Shown here: piece by piece, positions 48,901-58,515 of the stretch
Numbering within the stretch: the first letter of the stretch is position 1
Layout of the letters: every line of letters begins with the position of its first letter
DNA from: a candidate division CSSED10-310 bacterium
GTDB taxonomy: Bacteria > CSSED10-310 > JAFGJC01
Direction of reading: 5' to 3'
NCBI GenBank assembly: GCA_016927905.1
Contig: JAFGLW010000010.1
Span: 351-64,350 of the forward strand
Length of the DNA stretch: 64,000 bases
The notes under the pieces: model-generated
Database searches by the model: none
Told to the model about the DNA's origin: nothing
Seen by the model: only the letters and a program-made list of their open reading frames with translations
Program-made: the position numbers and the translations under genes

Positions 48901-49413
48901 CTGGGCGGATGCTACCCCTTCAACCGCTTCGAGTCTCGGTTTGATTTCCCTTTCCGCCAGTCGATGCAAAAGAACCAGATCGTCCCCGCTCAATGCGATC
49001 TTCATGATCGGTTCCGTTTCGGGATTGTAACGGAGAATCCGGGGTTTTTCGGCTTCTTCCGGCAGAGTCAGGTCGTTGAGTTTTTCGCGGATGTCCAGGA
49101 TCAGCTGATCGACATCGGAATCCCAGTTCAATTCCAGAACGACATCGGACAATCCGGCCATGGACACGGAAGTGACGGTCTGAAGATCATTGATGACGCC
49201 CAGCACTTCCTCGATCGGCCGGCTGACAAGATTCTCGACTTCTTCCGGCGGGGCACCGGGGATTTCGGTGCGGACCGTTATGGTGGGATATGAAATTTCA
49301 GGCAGCAGCTTGATTTCCAGACGTTTCAGCGAAAACCACCCGAAAACGGCGACAGCGAGCGTCGCCATCAGGATCGTGATGCGCCGACGCACGGAGAATC
49401 CTGGAAGACTCAT
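45985..49413 (-). CDS. RND efflux permease subunit 1
   Basis: GMLVDNAIVVLENI, QFESLIHP and RFRPILMT motifs. Confidence 0.92.
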   Translation of the reverse strand: MSLPGFSVRRRITILMATLAVAVFGWFSLKRLEIKLLPEISYPTITVRTEIPGAPPEEVENLVSRPIEEVLGVINDLQTVTSVSMAGLSDVVLELNWDSDVDQLILDIREKLNDLTLPEEAEKPRILRYNPETEPIMKIALSGDDLVLLHRLAEREIKPRLEAVEGVASAQILGGDKEEIRIELDLREMASYQISFDRVSSRLREENINLPGGILEDADTNYLVRIMNEFRDISEIGDIVVGVSGTAVIRLRDIAAIVRIPVEKKSITHLAGRESVEIDIYKEGDANIIEVADRVTGEIGARSRSILSRGKSLMDLLPEKVELKIISNQSVFIRAAIDEVKQTAVLGSLLAVVILFLFLRSLPHTLTVALAIPISIIATFTLMFFKNISLNLMSLGGIALGVGMLVDNAIVVLENIFRRRESGESAPAAAHQGGEDVATAVTASTLTTIAVFFPIVFVSGIAGQIFQDLAWTVAFSLLASLIVALSLIPMITSIEIGRISARISPIWFTGKIRKTLNRYQPPGQGAVSFWKVPAAFLRCTRQDAVRWFGTIWKTTWRYPAIRGRTLRWFGLALLTLLKLIVFPVNILLQITGFLLLHILYFILLPILASFRTLWKFIKLLLDPVLNLFDILLRRSRTLYIELLQTSFRHSRAILLVCLAVLAGTIVLVFPRLGMNLIPSFAQGEFYIDIKMPVGTPLEKTEAIVYRVEEYLTGMPQVDLVSAVIGSSSGELLTVGTERENLATIQVVLKPEYASSRQEYRLTENLRGKLQTIPGIEKSKFRRPSLFSLKTPLEIEVRGYNLDMLFQNANRIVEDLNRHSEFADVFSTLEPGYPEVQIVFDRLKLARLGLSPAMIAGFLHNTVEGEIPTDFGEYGNEIDVRVRAKRERSLSLNALKQMVINPGAGSQVQLSSVADIREIVGPSEIRRVDQHRVALVRADVRLLDLKSALKKVESVLNSIPPGTGVTYAVVGQSSEMDTSVRSLRFALLLAIFLVYLVMASQFESLIHPLIIILSIPMAVIGVLIGLWILNIPLSVVVFMGMIVLAGIAVNNAIVLIDTVNQMRRGGQSVREALLNAGSVRFRPILMTAMTTILGLLPMALQTGPGSEIRTPLAATVILGLIASTFLTLIIIPIVYRLVSRETR

Positions 49414-50558
49414 GAATCATTTTCCCCGGAACGGATCTGAACGCCAGATCCTGAGCTTTCATCGGATTCCGGTACCACCCGATTATCCCGGACATCGTAG
49501 ACAGAGGCCCCGTCTTCAAGCCCGTGCTGGCCCACGACGATGATTCGCTCGCCGGCCTGGAGACCGCCGGCGACCTCGACCATTTCCCTGTTCTCCAGGC
49601 CCGTTGAGATGTCTCTGCGCTCAGCGGTTCCAACCGGAGTCATCACATAAATCTGGGTTCTGCCGTTGCTGCGAATAATCGCTTTCTTGGGTGCCAGCAC
49701 AGCACCGGTTTTCTTCTGGATAACCAAGCTTGCCCGGACGAACATACCGGGTTTTATCAACTCTGAATCCGGCTGGATCTGCAGGGTCACTTTCACCGTT
49801 CCCGTTTTAGGATCGACTGCTGGATTGATCCGGGTCACATCGGCGTCGATCATGATGCCGGGTGCGGCATCGATCGTTATTTCCGCAGGGATACCCGGCC
49901 TCAGAACAACCGCTTCACTTTCCGGAAGGTAAATATTCACCACCATCGATCCGGGATCGAACATGTCGAACAATCGTGTGGACGGTCCGACCAGATCACC
50001 GACGGTGATGGCCCGTGCCGTGATGATTCCGCCAAAGGGACTGAGAATCCGGGTGTTGCTCAGATCCAGACGGGCCAGTTGAAGATTGACCTCCGCCGTC
50101 TCAAGATTGAACTTGGCATCGAGAAATTCCTCCTCGCTGACCATGTTGAGATCGTGCAGGGCCTTGACGCGATCATATTTCGCCTCCAGCTGCCGCCTGG
50201 TCACGCCTGACTGCTGAACCCTGAGCCGGAGTTCCTCGTCGTCCAGATGACATAACGGCTGACCCGATTTGATATGATCTCCCTCTTCAACAAATATGGA
50301 CCGGACATGCCCGGAAATTTTGGGATAAATCGATATGTCTCTTTCTGCCTGAATATTCCCGGTTGCTTCCAGAGACTGAACCATTTCTCCGGTCATGATG
50401 ACATTTGTTTCGACCGGAATCGGCTGGGGAGCGGCCGTGTTCCCGGAATTTGCTGCAGGATGGCCGGTATTTTTCCGGCATGCCGCGATCCCCAGCAGGC
50501 AGATGACGGCGAGTGCGGCAAGACGGTATTTGACAGGGTAATGGTTCATGAACTTCAT
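49410..50558 (-). CDS. RND periplasmic adaptor (membrane fusion protein), probable lipoprotein
   Basis: IAAC lipobox-like motif, lipoyl/hairpin pattern, SPFGG and KPGMFV. Confidence 0.9.
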   Translation of the reverse strand: MKFMNHYPVKYRLAALAVICLLGIAACRKNTGHPAANSGNTAAPQPIPVETNVIMTGEMVQSLEATGNIQAERDISIYPKISGHVRSIFVEEGDHIKSGQPLCHLDDEELRLRVQQSGVTRRQLEAKYDRVKALHDLNMVSEEEFLDAKFNLETAEVNLQLARLDLSNTRILSPFGGIITARAITVGDLVGPSTRLFDMFDPGSMVVNIYLPESEAVVLRPGIPAEITIDAAPGIMIDADVTRINPAVDPKTGTVKVTLQIQPDSELIKPGMFVRASLVIQKKTGAVLAPKKAIIRSNGRTQIYVMTPVGTAERRDISTGLENREMVEVAGGLQAGERIIVVGQHGLEDGASVYDVRDNRVVPESDESSGSGVQIRSGENDS

Positions 50559-51979
50559 CTCCAGAGTGTTGACCCGACTGAGTGGGCAAATACCGCCCGG
50601 TCCAGGGTATATTTGTATCGGCTGTACACAAGATTAATGCGTGCCGTTATGACATCGGTCCGGGCTTCAACCAGATCGTTGTACTGACCCAGCCCCAGCT
50701 CGAGGCGTTTGGTCTGGATCAGAAAACTCTCTTCGGAGGCTTCCAGCTTTGCACGTTCCGTTTCACATGCCGTCCAGGATTCCATCTGCCGTTCGTATGC
50801 CCGGGCGACGTCTGCGGTGATCAGCACTTCCATATAAGCCAGCTGCGATTTCAGGAGCTGGATCTGCAAGCTGAGTTCGAACCGGCCGGCCCTCCGGGAG
50901 GACCCGTCGAAAAGGCTGTAGGTCAGGCGGCTGCGCTGCATGTAATCCTCAGTATTCACCCGCTCGCGGGAATGGGAAAGGGACAGAGAGGAATTGTCGA
51001 GTGGAGAAAAGGCAATGGATATGCCCGCCGTCAGTCGGTAATCATCGTCCGGATAATCCGACCAGGCTACTCCCTGTTTGACATAGCTTGCAAAAAAAGA
51101 TACATCGGGTTTGCGTTCGGATTCCAGTATCCTGATCTGATCGCGGTAACCGGCAATCTCCGCATTCAACCGACCGATATCCTCACGCTGAGCAATGGCC
51201 TGTTCCACCAGGCTGTCCATATCGGATTGCAGCGGCTCAGGCGGCGGGACATCTTCAAGTTGAATGTTTGCATCAAGCGGTTTCCGAATCAGGATGAGAA
51301 GCTGCCGTATGGAATCGTTCAGGTTGTTTTCCGCTTGCATCAGGGCCAACTCGGCTTCCGATAGATACGCTTTCTCCCGAAGAACCTCGTACCGAATGCC
51401 CTTGCCGGTCGCCAGCCTGTTTTCCGCCGTCTTCAAATCCTCACGGGCACCGACAACCTGCTCCCTGCGAATATCCCGTTCCGATATGCGCTGCAGGACG
51501 CTCAGATAGTTGCTGACCACATCCAGCCATATGTCCCGCTGCAGGGACTCGTAAGTCATCCGGTCGGTTTCCCTCCTGGATTGTTCGTAACGGATTTCGG
51601 ATGTGAGCCGCCCGCCGGTATACAGCGGTGCCCCAAGGCTGATCGAAGCCGTATATCCCTCTCCGGGAGTGTACCGTTGGCCTGTCTGGGGATCGTAATA
51701 ACTGAATTCCTCAATGTCGATTACCCGGTTATCGGAAATGGACAGGCTGGGCGACGGCCACCGTTTCTGTTGCGCATCCCGAATCCGGATGCCATCCAGC
51801 CGAAGCCTGCCGGCTGCGTTCTCAAGATCTTCGGAACCTGCCCGGGCCAGTTCGATGCATTGCCCCAGGGTCAGCATTTCCGGGACCGGACTGTCTCCGC
51901 AGATCACTGGCTGCGTGGATGCAGTCAGACAGAATAAAGCGAGCGTTTGCGCTATCTGGAAATATATGGAACGTTTCAA
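50555..51979 (-). CDS. TolC-family outer-membrane efflux protein
   Basis: LTLGQCIELA, PLYTGG, two-fold helical repeat; first gene of the efflux operon. Confidence 0.85.
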   Translation of the reverse strand: MKRSIYFQIAQTLALFCLTASTQPVICGDSPVPEMLTLGQCIELARAGSEDLENAAGRLRLDGIRIRDAQQKRWPSPSLSISDNRVIDIEEFSYYDPQTGQRYTPGEGYTASISLGAPLYTGGRLTSEIRYEQSRRETDRMTYESLQRDIWLDVVSNYLSVLQRISERDIRREQVVGAREDLKTAENRLATGKGIRYEVLREKAYLSEAELALMQAENNLNDSIRQLLILIRKPLDANIQLEDVPPPEPLQSDMDSLVEQAIAQREDIGRLNAEIAGYRDQIRILESERKPDVSFFASYVKQGVAWSDYPDDDYRLTAGISIAFSPLDNSSLSLSHSRERVNTEDYMQRSRLTYSLFDGSSRRAGRFELSLQIQLLKSQLAYMEVLITADVARAYERQMESWTACETERAKLEASEESFLIQTKRLELGLGQYNDLVEARTDVITARINLVYSRYKYTLDRAVFAHSVGSTLWR

Positions 51980-52115
51980 AAAAACATCCTCCCGGTGCTG
52001 AGCCTGTCATACCAGTTCGATTCCAGCAAAAATATCAGTGAAAGGCAGTTCGAAGCAAATCGGGACAGCTGGAATCATTACGCCAAATCATGTTGAAATG
52101 TTCAGAATATTTGGT

Positions 52116-52523
52116 TCAATTCCCGATCATGACAACGTAGAGCCAATTCAACAGGATAACCGATGGAATGGATACCTTCAGAAACAGCCTGGATCTTCCG
52201 GTCAGTTCGGGCCGGATAATTTGGTGTCGAAACGCAAGAATGCAGGATGCTGTGCCCCAGATCAGCACGGCCAGTGCCGTCAGACAGATCAGGGGATTCG
52301 ATGCCAGCGACGCGGTGAAATCGAAGCGGGACAAATGGATCAGGGCACGGGTGGACCCGCAGGTGGGGCAGGGGAGCGTTGTCAGGGCATGGAACGGGCA
52401 CGGGTAAACCGGCAGATTCAACTGATCAACAACGCGTGCTGCGAAAATCAGAAATATAGTGATCCCGCCGTAAATCAGACCCAGATCGATTCCGCCTTTA
52501 TCCAGACGGATTCGAAAAACCAC
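52116..52523 (-). CDS. DUF2752-like membrane protein
   Basis: CPFHALTTLPCPTCGSTRA...NPL motif; start uncertain (GTG 52523). Confidence 0.75.
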   Translation of the reverse strand: MVFRIRLDKGGIDLGLIYGGITIFLIFAARVVDQLNLPVYPCPFHALTTLPCPTCGSTRALIHLSRFDFTASLASNPLICLTALAVLIWGTASCILAFRHQIIRPELTGRSRLFLKVSIPSVILLNWLYVVMIGN

Positions 52524-52530
52524 AGTCGGG

Positions 52531-53241
52531 TTATTCCTGCAGACCCAGCATGGCCATGAAACCACCCAGGGTCAATATCATCATGAGAATCGAACAGCAG
52601 CACAGGAATATGGGCAGAAGAACGGCGACAACGGAGCGCCAGGTATCCGTTTCATGGGTCCGGGTCAGGCCGACGATTTCCAGGATGAGCACCCAGATGG
52701 CTCCAATAATACTGCCGCAGAATGGAATGATGGAAAAAACGCCGGGACCCGAAGCATAACATACAACTCTGAAAGTGGCTTCGAATCCCTTCCGCGCTCC
52801 ACCCGCAACGAAGAGAAAAAGATGGAGAATTGCGGAGAAAATGAAAATGGAGATGACGGCGATCACCGGAGTCATGAAGAGCATGGCGATGAAAATAATT
52901 GAATTGGAGAGGGAATATTCTGCCAGCAGGGGAGAAGTCTGCCAGAAATTGAGGGCCGGGATGGAAAACTGAGTCAGGGTGGTTCCGATGGCGGTGATGA
53001 TATTGATGATGATCGCGTAGCCGAGAGGGTAAGCCAGCCCCCGGGTGATGTTCAGGCTTTTGAAAAATTCATCGGGTCTGAAAACCGAATCGATCCAGGT
53101 CCGGATCAGTCCGTTCCAGAATCCGACGGTTCTCTGGTTTTCCCAGGATGGTCCGGAACGGAGGGGGTCGGGGGCATGCCCGTAATCAGGGGGTGGTGTC
53201 TGATCCGGTGTGTCCCAGCGCGGCTGATCTCCCGGTCCCAT
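52531..53241 (-). CDS. YIP1-family membrane protein
   Basis: P.EFF, FEATFRVVCYA and IPFCG motifs; five hydrophobic helices. Confidence 0.75.
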   Translation of the reverse strand: MGPGDQPRWDTPDQTPPPDYGHAPDPLRSGPSWENQRTVGFWNGLIRTWIDSVFRPDEFFKSLNITRGLAYPLGYAIIINIITAIGTTLTQFSIPALNFWQTSPLLAEYSLSNSIIFIAMLFMTPVIAVISIFIFSAILHLFLFVAGGARKGFEATFRVVCYASGPGVFSIIPFCGSIIGAIWVLILEIVGLTRTHETDTWRSVVAVLLPIFLCCCSILMMILTLGGFMAMLGLQE

Positions 53242-53249
53242 CGAAGCTG

Positions 53250-53918
53250 TCAGTTCAGTTTGAAAATGACGGTCAGATTCATGATGACATCAACCGGAAT
53301 ATCATTCTGGGTTCCCGGTTCGAACATCCATTGCATAACCGCTTCGATTGCCGCCTGGTCGCAGAAGGAGTTGAGCGATTTGACTACTTTGACGTCTTGA
53401 ACCCGGCCCTCTTTGGTGATGATGGCTTCCAGAATGACCATGCCCTGGATCCGGGTCCGGCGGGCAATATCCGGATAGACCGGATCGATGCGTTTCAGAA
53501 GGGTCGGCGCTTTGACGTCTCCGCCCACCCGGAGCGGTCCTTCAGGCGGCGGTTCGGGCGCATCGAATTCGATATCGTCGGCATCGAAAACCAGTTCGAC
53601 ATCTGTATCATCGATGATGACCGGCTCGGAATCATCGATCTCAGGTTCCGGAATCGGTTTGGCCAGCACTTTTTTCTTCTTCTGCTTGACCTTTTCCTCG
53701 ACCTTCTCTTCCTTGGGCGGTGGCGGCGGCTTGTACCGGGTCATCTGGATAAATGTATTCTGTGTTTCCTGCCATTTCCGTGTCGATTTGAAGTCCGGAA
53801 TGATCAGGTAAAGAATGAACAGGTGGAAAATAATGGCCAGGATGACCATCCAGTCCATGACGATTCGATCGTGGTAAGCCAGCTCCCTTTTTTTCTGCTG
53901 AATCTGGTCATATGTCAT
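53250..53918 (-). CDS. tonB: Energy transducer TonB
   Basis: N-terminal TM helix with His, Pro/Lys/Glu linker, PVYPDIARRTRIQGMV and W.FEPG. Confidence 0.9.
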   Translation of the reverse strand: MTYDQIQQKKRELAYHDRIVMDWMVILAIIFHLFILYLIIPDFKSTRKWQETQNTFIQMTRYKPPPPPKEEKVEEKVKQKKKKVLAKPIPEPEIDDSEPVIIDDTDVELVFDADDIEFDAPEPPPEGPLRVGGDVKAPTLLKRIDPVYPDIARRTRIQGMVILEAIITKEGRVQDVKVVKSLNSFCDQAAIEAVMQWMFEPGTQNDIPVDVIMNLTVIFKLN

Positions 53919-53947
53919 TCAACAGTCACCTCCCGGCCCGGGTCCGG

Positions 53948-54373
53948 TTACATCCAGGAACGTATTTCTTCCTTGGATGGCAATGCAATGTTTTGCACAT
54001 TGGCTTCCTTCAATTCATCCAGGACATCCATCATATCACCGTAGGTGGCTTCGTTGTGCACGACGATAATGACGAATTTCTTGGGATCGATGGCCAGTTG
54101 CGGCCGGATGGTCGGCTGGATGTCCCGTATATTCTTGGGAATTTTATTGATCAGAATCCGGCCCGAGGCCAGGACTTCAATCTCGATGGCCTTCACATCG
54201 ACCTGATCCAATTGCTCCACATCTTCCGATTCCTTGGGCAGCCGGAAATCGATGCCCTTTCTCGCCGCAAACGCAGTGGTCACCATGAAGAAAATTAAAA
54301 GCAGAAACGCGATATCCGACATGGATGAATTGGGGATATCCGCATCTACCTTGCTCTTTTTACGAAATCTCAT
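53948..54373 (-). CDS. exbD: Biopolymer transporter ExbD (copy 2)
   Basis: SSMSDIAFLLLIFFMVTT TM segment with conserved Asp. Confidence 0.88.
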   Translation of the reverse strand: MRFRKKSKVDADIPNSSMSDIAFLLLIFFMVTTAFAARKGIDFRLPKESEDVEQLDQVDVKAIEIEVLASGRILINKIPKNIRDIQPTIRPQLAIDPKKFVIIVVHNEATYGDMMDVLDELKEANVQNIALPSKEEIRSWM

Positions 54374-54381
54374 GGATTCAC

Positions 54382-54789
54382 CTATTCGATTTCCTGTTCG
54401 GTGGGAAGACTTAAATTTCGGACCCGCGCCTGCCGGAGTTGCTCCAGCAGTTCATCCGCAATTTCCCAGCGAACATCCTTGTCGATCTTCAGAAGGAATA
54501 CCTTGTCCCTGTCTTTCGATATCTCCATCGAGGCCAGCGGCTGGATATCCGTCATCATGACCCGTTCACCGTGAAACTGGATGATGCCGTTTTTCTGGAG
54601 CGAGATGACTTCATGGTTCTTGGGTATTTCCGTGCGGGTCTTGGTCTTGGGAAGGTTCACCGGTGTTTTATCGATTGAGAAAGACGTGGTCACCATGAAG
54701 AAAATCAGAAGCAGAAAAGCGATATCCGACATGGATGAATTGGGTATCTCGGCTTTGGTGCCCGATCCTCGTTTTCGTTTGAACTTCAT
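54382..54789 (-). CDS. exbD: Biopolymer transporter ExbD (copy 1)
   Basis: SSMSDIAFLLLIFFMVTT and VNLP motifs. Confidence 0.88.
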   Translation of the reverse strand: MKFKRKRGSGTKAEIPNSSMSDIAFLLLIFFMVTTSFSIDKTPVNLPKTKTRTEIPKNHEVISLQKNGIIQFHGERVMMTDIQPLASMEISKDRDKVFLLKIDKDVRWEIADELLEQLRQARVRNLSLPTEQEIE

Positions 54790-54816
54790 ATCGTATTCCC
54801 AGCTCTCAGCAGAGTG

Positions 54817-55458
54817 TTATACGGGCCGGGAAAGTTCGTCCATGTATTCCAGCAGCAACCCGGTGCTTTCTTCCATTTCCAGGACGAGCTTGCTTACTCT
54901 GCTGTTGAAATAGTTGAAAAACGCCAGGGACGGAATCCCGATCATCAGACCGGTGGCGGTGGTTATCAAGGCTTCCGAAATACCCACGGCGACCAGTGCG
55001 GGATTGTTGAGACCGTGCGCTGCGATGGCTTCAAAGGCCTTGATCATTCCCGTAACGGTTCCCAGAAAACCGAGAAGCGGTGCGATGGATGCACAGGTTG
55101 CCAGTCCGGTCAGCCCCCGTTCCAGCCGGGACATTTCGACACCGCCCGAAGCGGCGATGGCCGTTTCGATTTCTTCCCTCGATTTGCCCGCTTTCAAAAG
55201 TCCGGCTTTCATGATGGAGGCGATGGGTCCCTTGTAATTCTCGCACATGGTGATCGCTTCCTTGATCTTCCTGGCTTCAAGAGCGATTCGGACTTTCTTT
55301 AAAAACTCGGGTGTGTTGATCGATACTTTCCGATAATGATACAAACGCTCAAAAACCATGGCTATCACCAGGATGCTGATGGCCAGGAGCGGCCACATCA
55401 TCGGACCGCCTTTGTTGAAATAGGTGAGAATGGCAAACTGTTCAAACGATGAGACCAT
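54817..55458 (-). CDS. exbB: MotA/TolQ/ExbB proton channel
   Basis: GGPMMWPL, APLLGFLGTVTGMI and GISEALITTATGL motifs. Confidence 0.9.
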   Translation of the reverse strand: MVSSFEQFAILTYFNKGGPMMWPLLAISILVIAMVFERLYHYRKVSINTPEFLKKVRIALEARKIKEAITMCENYKGPIASIMKAGLLKAGKSREEIETAIAASGGVEMSRLERGLTGLATCASIAPLLGFLGTVTGMIKAFEAIAAHGLNNPALVAVGISEALITTATGLMIGIPSLAFFNYFNSRVSKLVLEMEESTGLLLEYMDELSRPV

Positions 55459-55567
55459 AACGACTCCCTCCTTGAAACCGGACTCTCAGTTCAAGCATCC
55501 CAACAACTCTCCGTCCTCAGAACCACCGGACGGTCTGAAGTATAGTATAAAAAATCCGGGAAGCAAA

Positions 55568-56563
55568 CTATATTTGACCGGAAAAATGGCAGGCGGAAAA
55601 GTGCCCCGGCGCTTCCTCCGCAAGAGATGGCTCCACTTCCCGGCAGATCGATTTGTCCTTGCCCACCGGGCATCGTGTGTGAAAACTGCACCCGGAAGGT
55701 TTGTGAATTGGGGTGGGAACATCTCCCTCCAGGATAATCCGTTGTTTCTGATGGGTCGGATCCGGGACGGGAATGGATGAAAGCAGGGCATTTGTATATG
55801 GGTGAAGGGTATGGGAATGGAGATCTTCGGAAGTGGCCAGCTCCACGATCCTGCCCAGATACATCACAGCGATCCGGTGGCAGAAATGTCTGACCACCGA
55901 CAGGTCGTGGGCGATGAACAGATAGGTCAGATTCATCCGGTCCTGCAAATCCTGGAGAAGATTGATGACCTGGGCCTGGATGGATACATCCAGTGCGCTG
56001 ACCGGTTCGTCGCAGACAATCAGTCTGGGATTGAGCGCCAGGGCCCGGGCGATGCCGATGCGCTGCCGCTGCCCTCCGGAAAATTCGTGGGGATACCGGC
56101 TGGCATAAGCAGGATTCAGTCCGACGATCTCCAGAAGTTCCCGGACCCGCCGGGTCAGTTCGCTGCTCCGGCCCATGCGGTGAATGATCAGACCCTCCCC
56201 GATGATCTTACCGACGGTCATGCGCGGATTCAAAGATGCATAAGGGTCCTGGAAAATAATCTGGAGATCACGCCGCCGGATGCGCATCTGGGACCGGGAC
56301 AACTTCATCAGGTCCTCATCCAGAAACAGCAGCTTCCCTTCATCCGGCTCAATCAGCCTCAGAATGCAGCGGCCGATGGTTGTCTTCCCGCACCCGGATT
56401 CACCCACCAGGCCCAATGCTTCACCCGGACGGATGGCAAACGAGACGTCGTCAACGGCCTTGACATGCGCGGCGACCTTTGCGAAAAAACCCGACCGGAC
56501 CGGGAAGTATTTCCTGAGATTCCGGACATCGAGCAGGAATTTGGAGTTTTCGGGTGCGGTCAT
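55568..56563 (-). CDS. oppF: Oligopeptide/dipeptide ABC transporter ATPase
   Basis: [28 protein letters not shown] and a C-terminal Cys cluster; start reset to ATG 56563. Confidence 0.9.
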   Translation of the reverse strand: MTAPENSKFLLDVRNLRKYFPVRSGFFAKVAAHVKAVDDVSFAIRPGEALGLVGESGCGKTTIGRCILRLIEPDEGKLLFLDEDLMKLSRSQMRIRRRDLQIIFQDPYASLNPRMTVGKIIGEGLIIHRMGRSSELTRRVRELLEIVGLNPAYASRYPHEFSGGQRQRIGIARALALNPRLIVCDEPVSALDVSIQAQVINLLQDLQDRMNLTYLFIAHDLSVVRHFCHRIAVMYLGRIVELATSEDLHSHTLHPYTNALLSSIPVPDPTHQKQRIILEGDVPTPIHKPSGCSFHTRCPVGKDKSICREVEPSLAEEAPGHFSACHFSGQI

Positions 56564-57540
56564 TGGAACAGCACACAGCGGACATGGTGTCCGGGGGAGG
56601 GTTGGGACAGGAACATCCGTTCCGAGTCCCGGCATTCCGGTCTGGCCAGGGAACATCTGGGGGCGAACGCGCACCCGGGCGGCAGATCTGCCAGGTCCGG
56701 AACCGCGCCGTCGATGGTCTGAAGGCGACCCCGGCCGGATGTGTTTTCCGAGCGCATCCGGGGAACCGACCGCAGCAAACCCTGGGTATATGGGTGTAGT
56801 GGCTCGGCGAACAGGGATTCTACCGGAGCGGATTCGACGATCCTGCCCGCATACATCACGGCCACCCGGTCCGCAACTTCCGCCACCACGCCCAGGTCAT
56901 GGGTGATCAGGAGCATGGACAGGTTGAAATCGTCTTTCAGATGCCGGAGCAGATCCAGGATCTGTGCCTGGATGGTCACATCCAGCGCGGTGGTCGGTTC
57001 ATCGGCGATCAGGAGATCCGGGTTGCAGGAAATGGCCATGGCGATCATCACCCGCTGCCGCATCCCGCCGGACATCTGATGGGGATACTCCCGGATCCTC
57101 TTGAACGGATCCGGGATGGACACGGCGTTCAGCATCTCCACCGCCTGTTTCCAGGCTTCCTTCTTGCCGACACCTTTGTGCAATATGATGGTTTCGGCGA
57201 TCTGGTCGCCCACGGTGAAAACGGGATTCAAAGAAGTCATGGGTTCCTGGAAGATCATGGAGATTTCCCTGCCGCGGACTTTACGCATTTCCTTCTCCGG
57301 GAGATTCAGAAGATTGCGGTTCTTGAAGATGATTTCCCGGCCGGTGACACTGCCCGGAGGTTCAGGGATCAGACGCATGACGGACAGGCTTGTGACGCTT
57401 TTTCCGCAGCCGGATTCCCCCACCAGGCCGACCGTTTCCCGGATATGGATGTCCAGATCCAGATTGTCGACCGCCTTGATGGTGCCTTCTTCCGTATGGA
57501 AACGGGTCGTCAGTCCGCGGATGCTCAGAAGGGGGGTCAT
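56560..57540 (-). CDS. oppD: Oligopeptide/dipeptide ABC transporter ATPase
   Basis: [25 protein letters not shown] and DEPTTALD motifs. Confidence 0.92.
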   Translation of the reverse strand: MTPLLSIRGLTTRFHTEEGTIKAVDNLDLDIHIRETVGLVGESGCGKSVTSLSVMRLIPEPPGSVTGREIIFKNRNLLNLPEKEMRKVRGREISMIFQEPMTSLNPVFTVGDQIAETIILHKGVGKKEAWKQAVEMLNAVSIPDPFKRIREYPHQMSGGMRQRVMIAMAISCNPDLLIADEPTTALDVTIQAQILDLLRHLKDDFNLSMLLITHDLGVVAEVADRVAVMYAGRIVESAPVESLFAEPLHPYTQGLLRSVPRMRSENTSGRGRLQTIDGAVPDLADLPPGCAFAPRCSLARPECRDSERMFLSQPSPGHHVRCVLFQ

Positions 57541-57663
57541 GGACGGGTGAACGGACAGGCTGTGCCTGAAGAAGTTGACCGTTCGAAAACCGGGTATTCC
57601 ATTGCGAACCCAACGCTACCGGAATTGCACAGGGCTGTCAAGGAACACTCCGTGACTTTGATA

Positions 57664-57692
57664 TTGACACAAAGCCGCGTGGCTGTTAGCAT
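57664..57692 (+). promoter_or_regulatory. Sigma70 promoter
   Basis: TTGACA-N17-TAGCAT with TG extended -10. Confidence 0.6.
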
Positions 57693-57730
57693 AAATGAAC
57701 GATCAGCCCGTGTCGTCAAGGAGAAGGACA

Positions 57731-58303
57731 GTGTTGGAAAACAACCAGAAAACCAGTAGCGGTTTCAAGGGAAAAATGCGGAATTTCAGCGATGAAGTGT
57801 TCCGTAATTATCTGATCATGCGTCTGAGATGGAAGATTTCCGCGCTGGAAAGACAGCGCGCATCGGAGATCCAGGATCTGGGGAACCGAGTGTTCCGCCT
57901 GTTCAAACGGAAGGAATTGAAGGTGCCGGGAGCCGAATCGTTGATGAGAACCATCGAGGACCTGGAAGCGAAGATCGAAGTTCAGGAGGAGAAACTCCGG
58001 GAAGTCATCATTCGGGCGGATGTGCCGCGTCAGATTCCCGAGAAAACAGCCGGCGAATCCGGGAAAAAGGATGCACCCGCGGCGGAGGGCAAACCAGAAC
58101 CGGCGGTTTCGGAAAAAAAGTCCGCGAAACCGGAAAGCGGAGCGGACACGGCGGTCAAGGTGGCGATCCGGGAAATTCATAAGACGGCAAAACCCGATGC
58201 GGAAACGAATACGAAGAAAAAACCGGATATATCCCGGAAACCGGAAACAGGAGAAAAATCCGGTAAAAAGCTTGACAAACCAGTCGATCCGGACGATAAG
58301 TAG
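57731..58303 (+). CDS. Hypothetical protein: coiled-coil N-terminal half and Lys/Glu/Pro-rich disordered tail
   Basis: GTG 57731 behind AAGGA and downstream of the promoter; heptad pattern IEDLEAKIEVQEEKL. Confidence 0.65.
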   Translation: MLENNQKTSSGFKGKMRNFSDEVFRNYLIMRLRWKISALERQRASEIQDLGNRVFRLFKRKELKVPGAESLMRTIEDLEAKIEVQEEKLREVIIRADVPRQIPEKTAGESGKKDAPAAEGKPEPAVSEKKSAKPESGADTAVKVAIREIHKTAKPDAETNTKKKPDISRKPETGEKSGKKLDKPVDPDDK

Positions 58304-58342
58304 CAGGCGTTGTCCCCCTCAGCGGGGAGGAAGATGTACCGA

Positions 58343-58414
58343 GGGGCTGTGGCGCAGTGGGAGCGCATTTGACTGGCAGTCAAAGGGCCGAGGGTTCGAA
58401 TCCCTCCAGCTCCA
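58343..58414 (+). tRNA. tRNA-Ala (GGC)
   Basis: Acceptor GGGGCTG/CAGCTCC with G3:U70, D-arm GCGC/GCGC, anticodon arm TTTGA-CTGGCAG-TCAAA, T-arm GAGGG-TTCGAAT-CCCTC; CCA not encoded. Confidence 0.96.
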
Positions 58415-58463
58415 TATAATAAACAAAGGGTATTGCGAAGATTTATAAAATGTCGAATCGATC

Positions 58464-58483
58464 CCGGGCTAATGCCGGGCTAA
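58464..58483 (+). repeat. 9-bp direct repeat CCGGGCTAA x2 (candidate integrase arm sites)
   Basis: Copies at 58464-58472 and 58475-58483, about 50 bp from the tRNA 3' end. Confidence 0.55.
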
Positions 58484-58515
58484 GGTGATTAGTTTTTTTA
58501 TTAGAATTTCACTTC

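Noticed and set aside
55568-57540. oppD/oppF without permease or binding-protein genes
   Set aside because: Split opp/dpp loci are common; partners are probably elsewhere in the genome
58272-58301. TTGACA at the end of the upstream CDS as the tRNA promoter
   Set aside because: No convincing -10 at 16-18 bp spacing; cannot be supported
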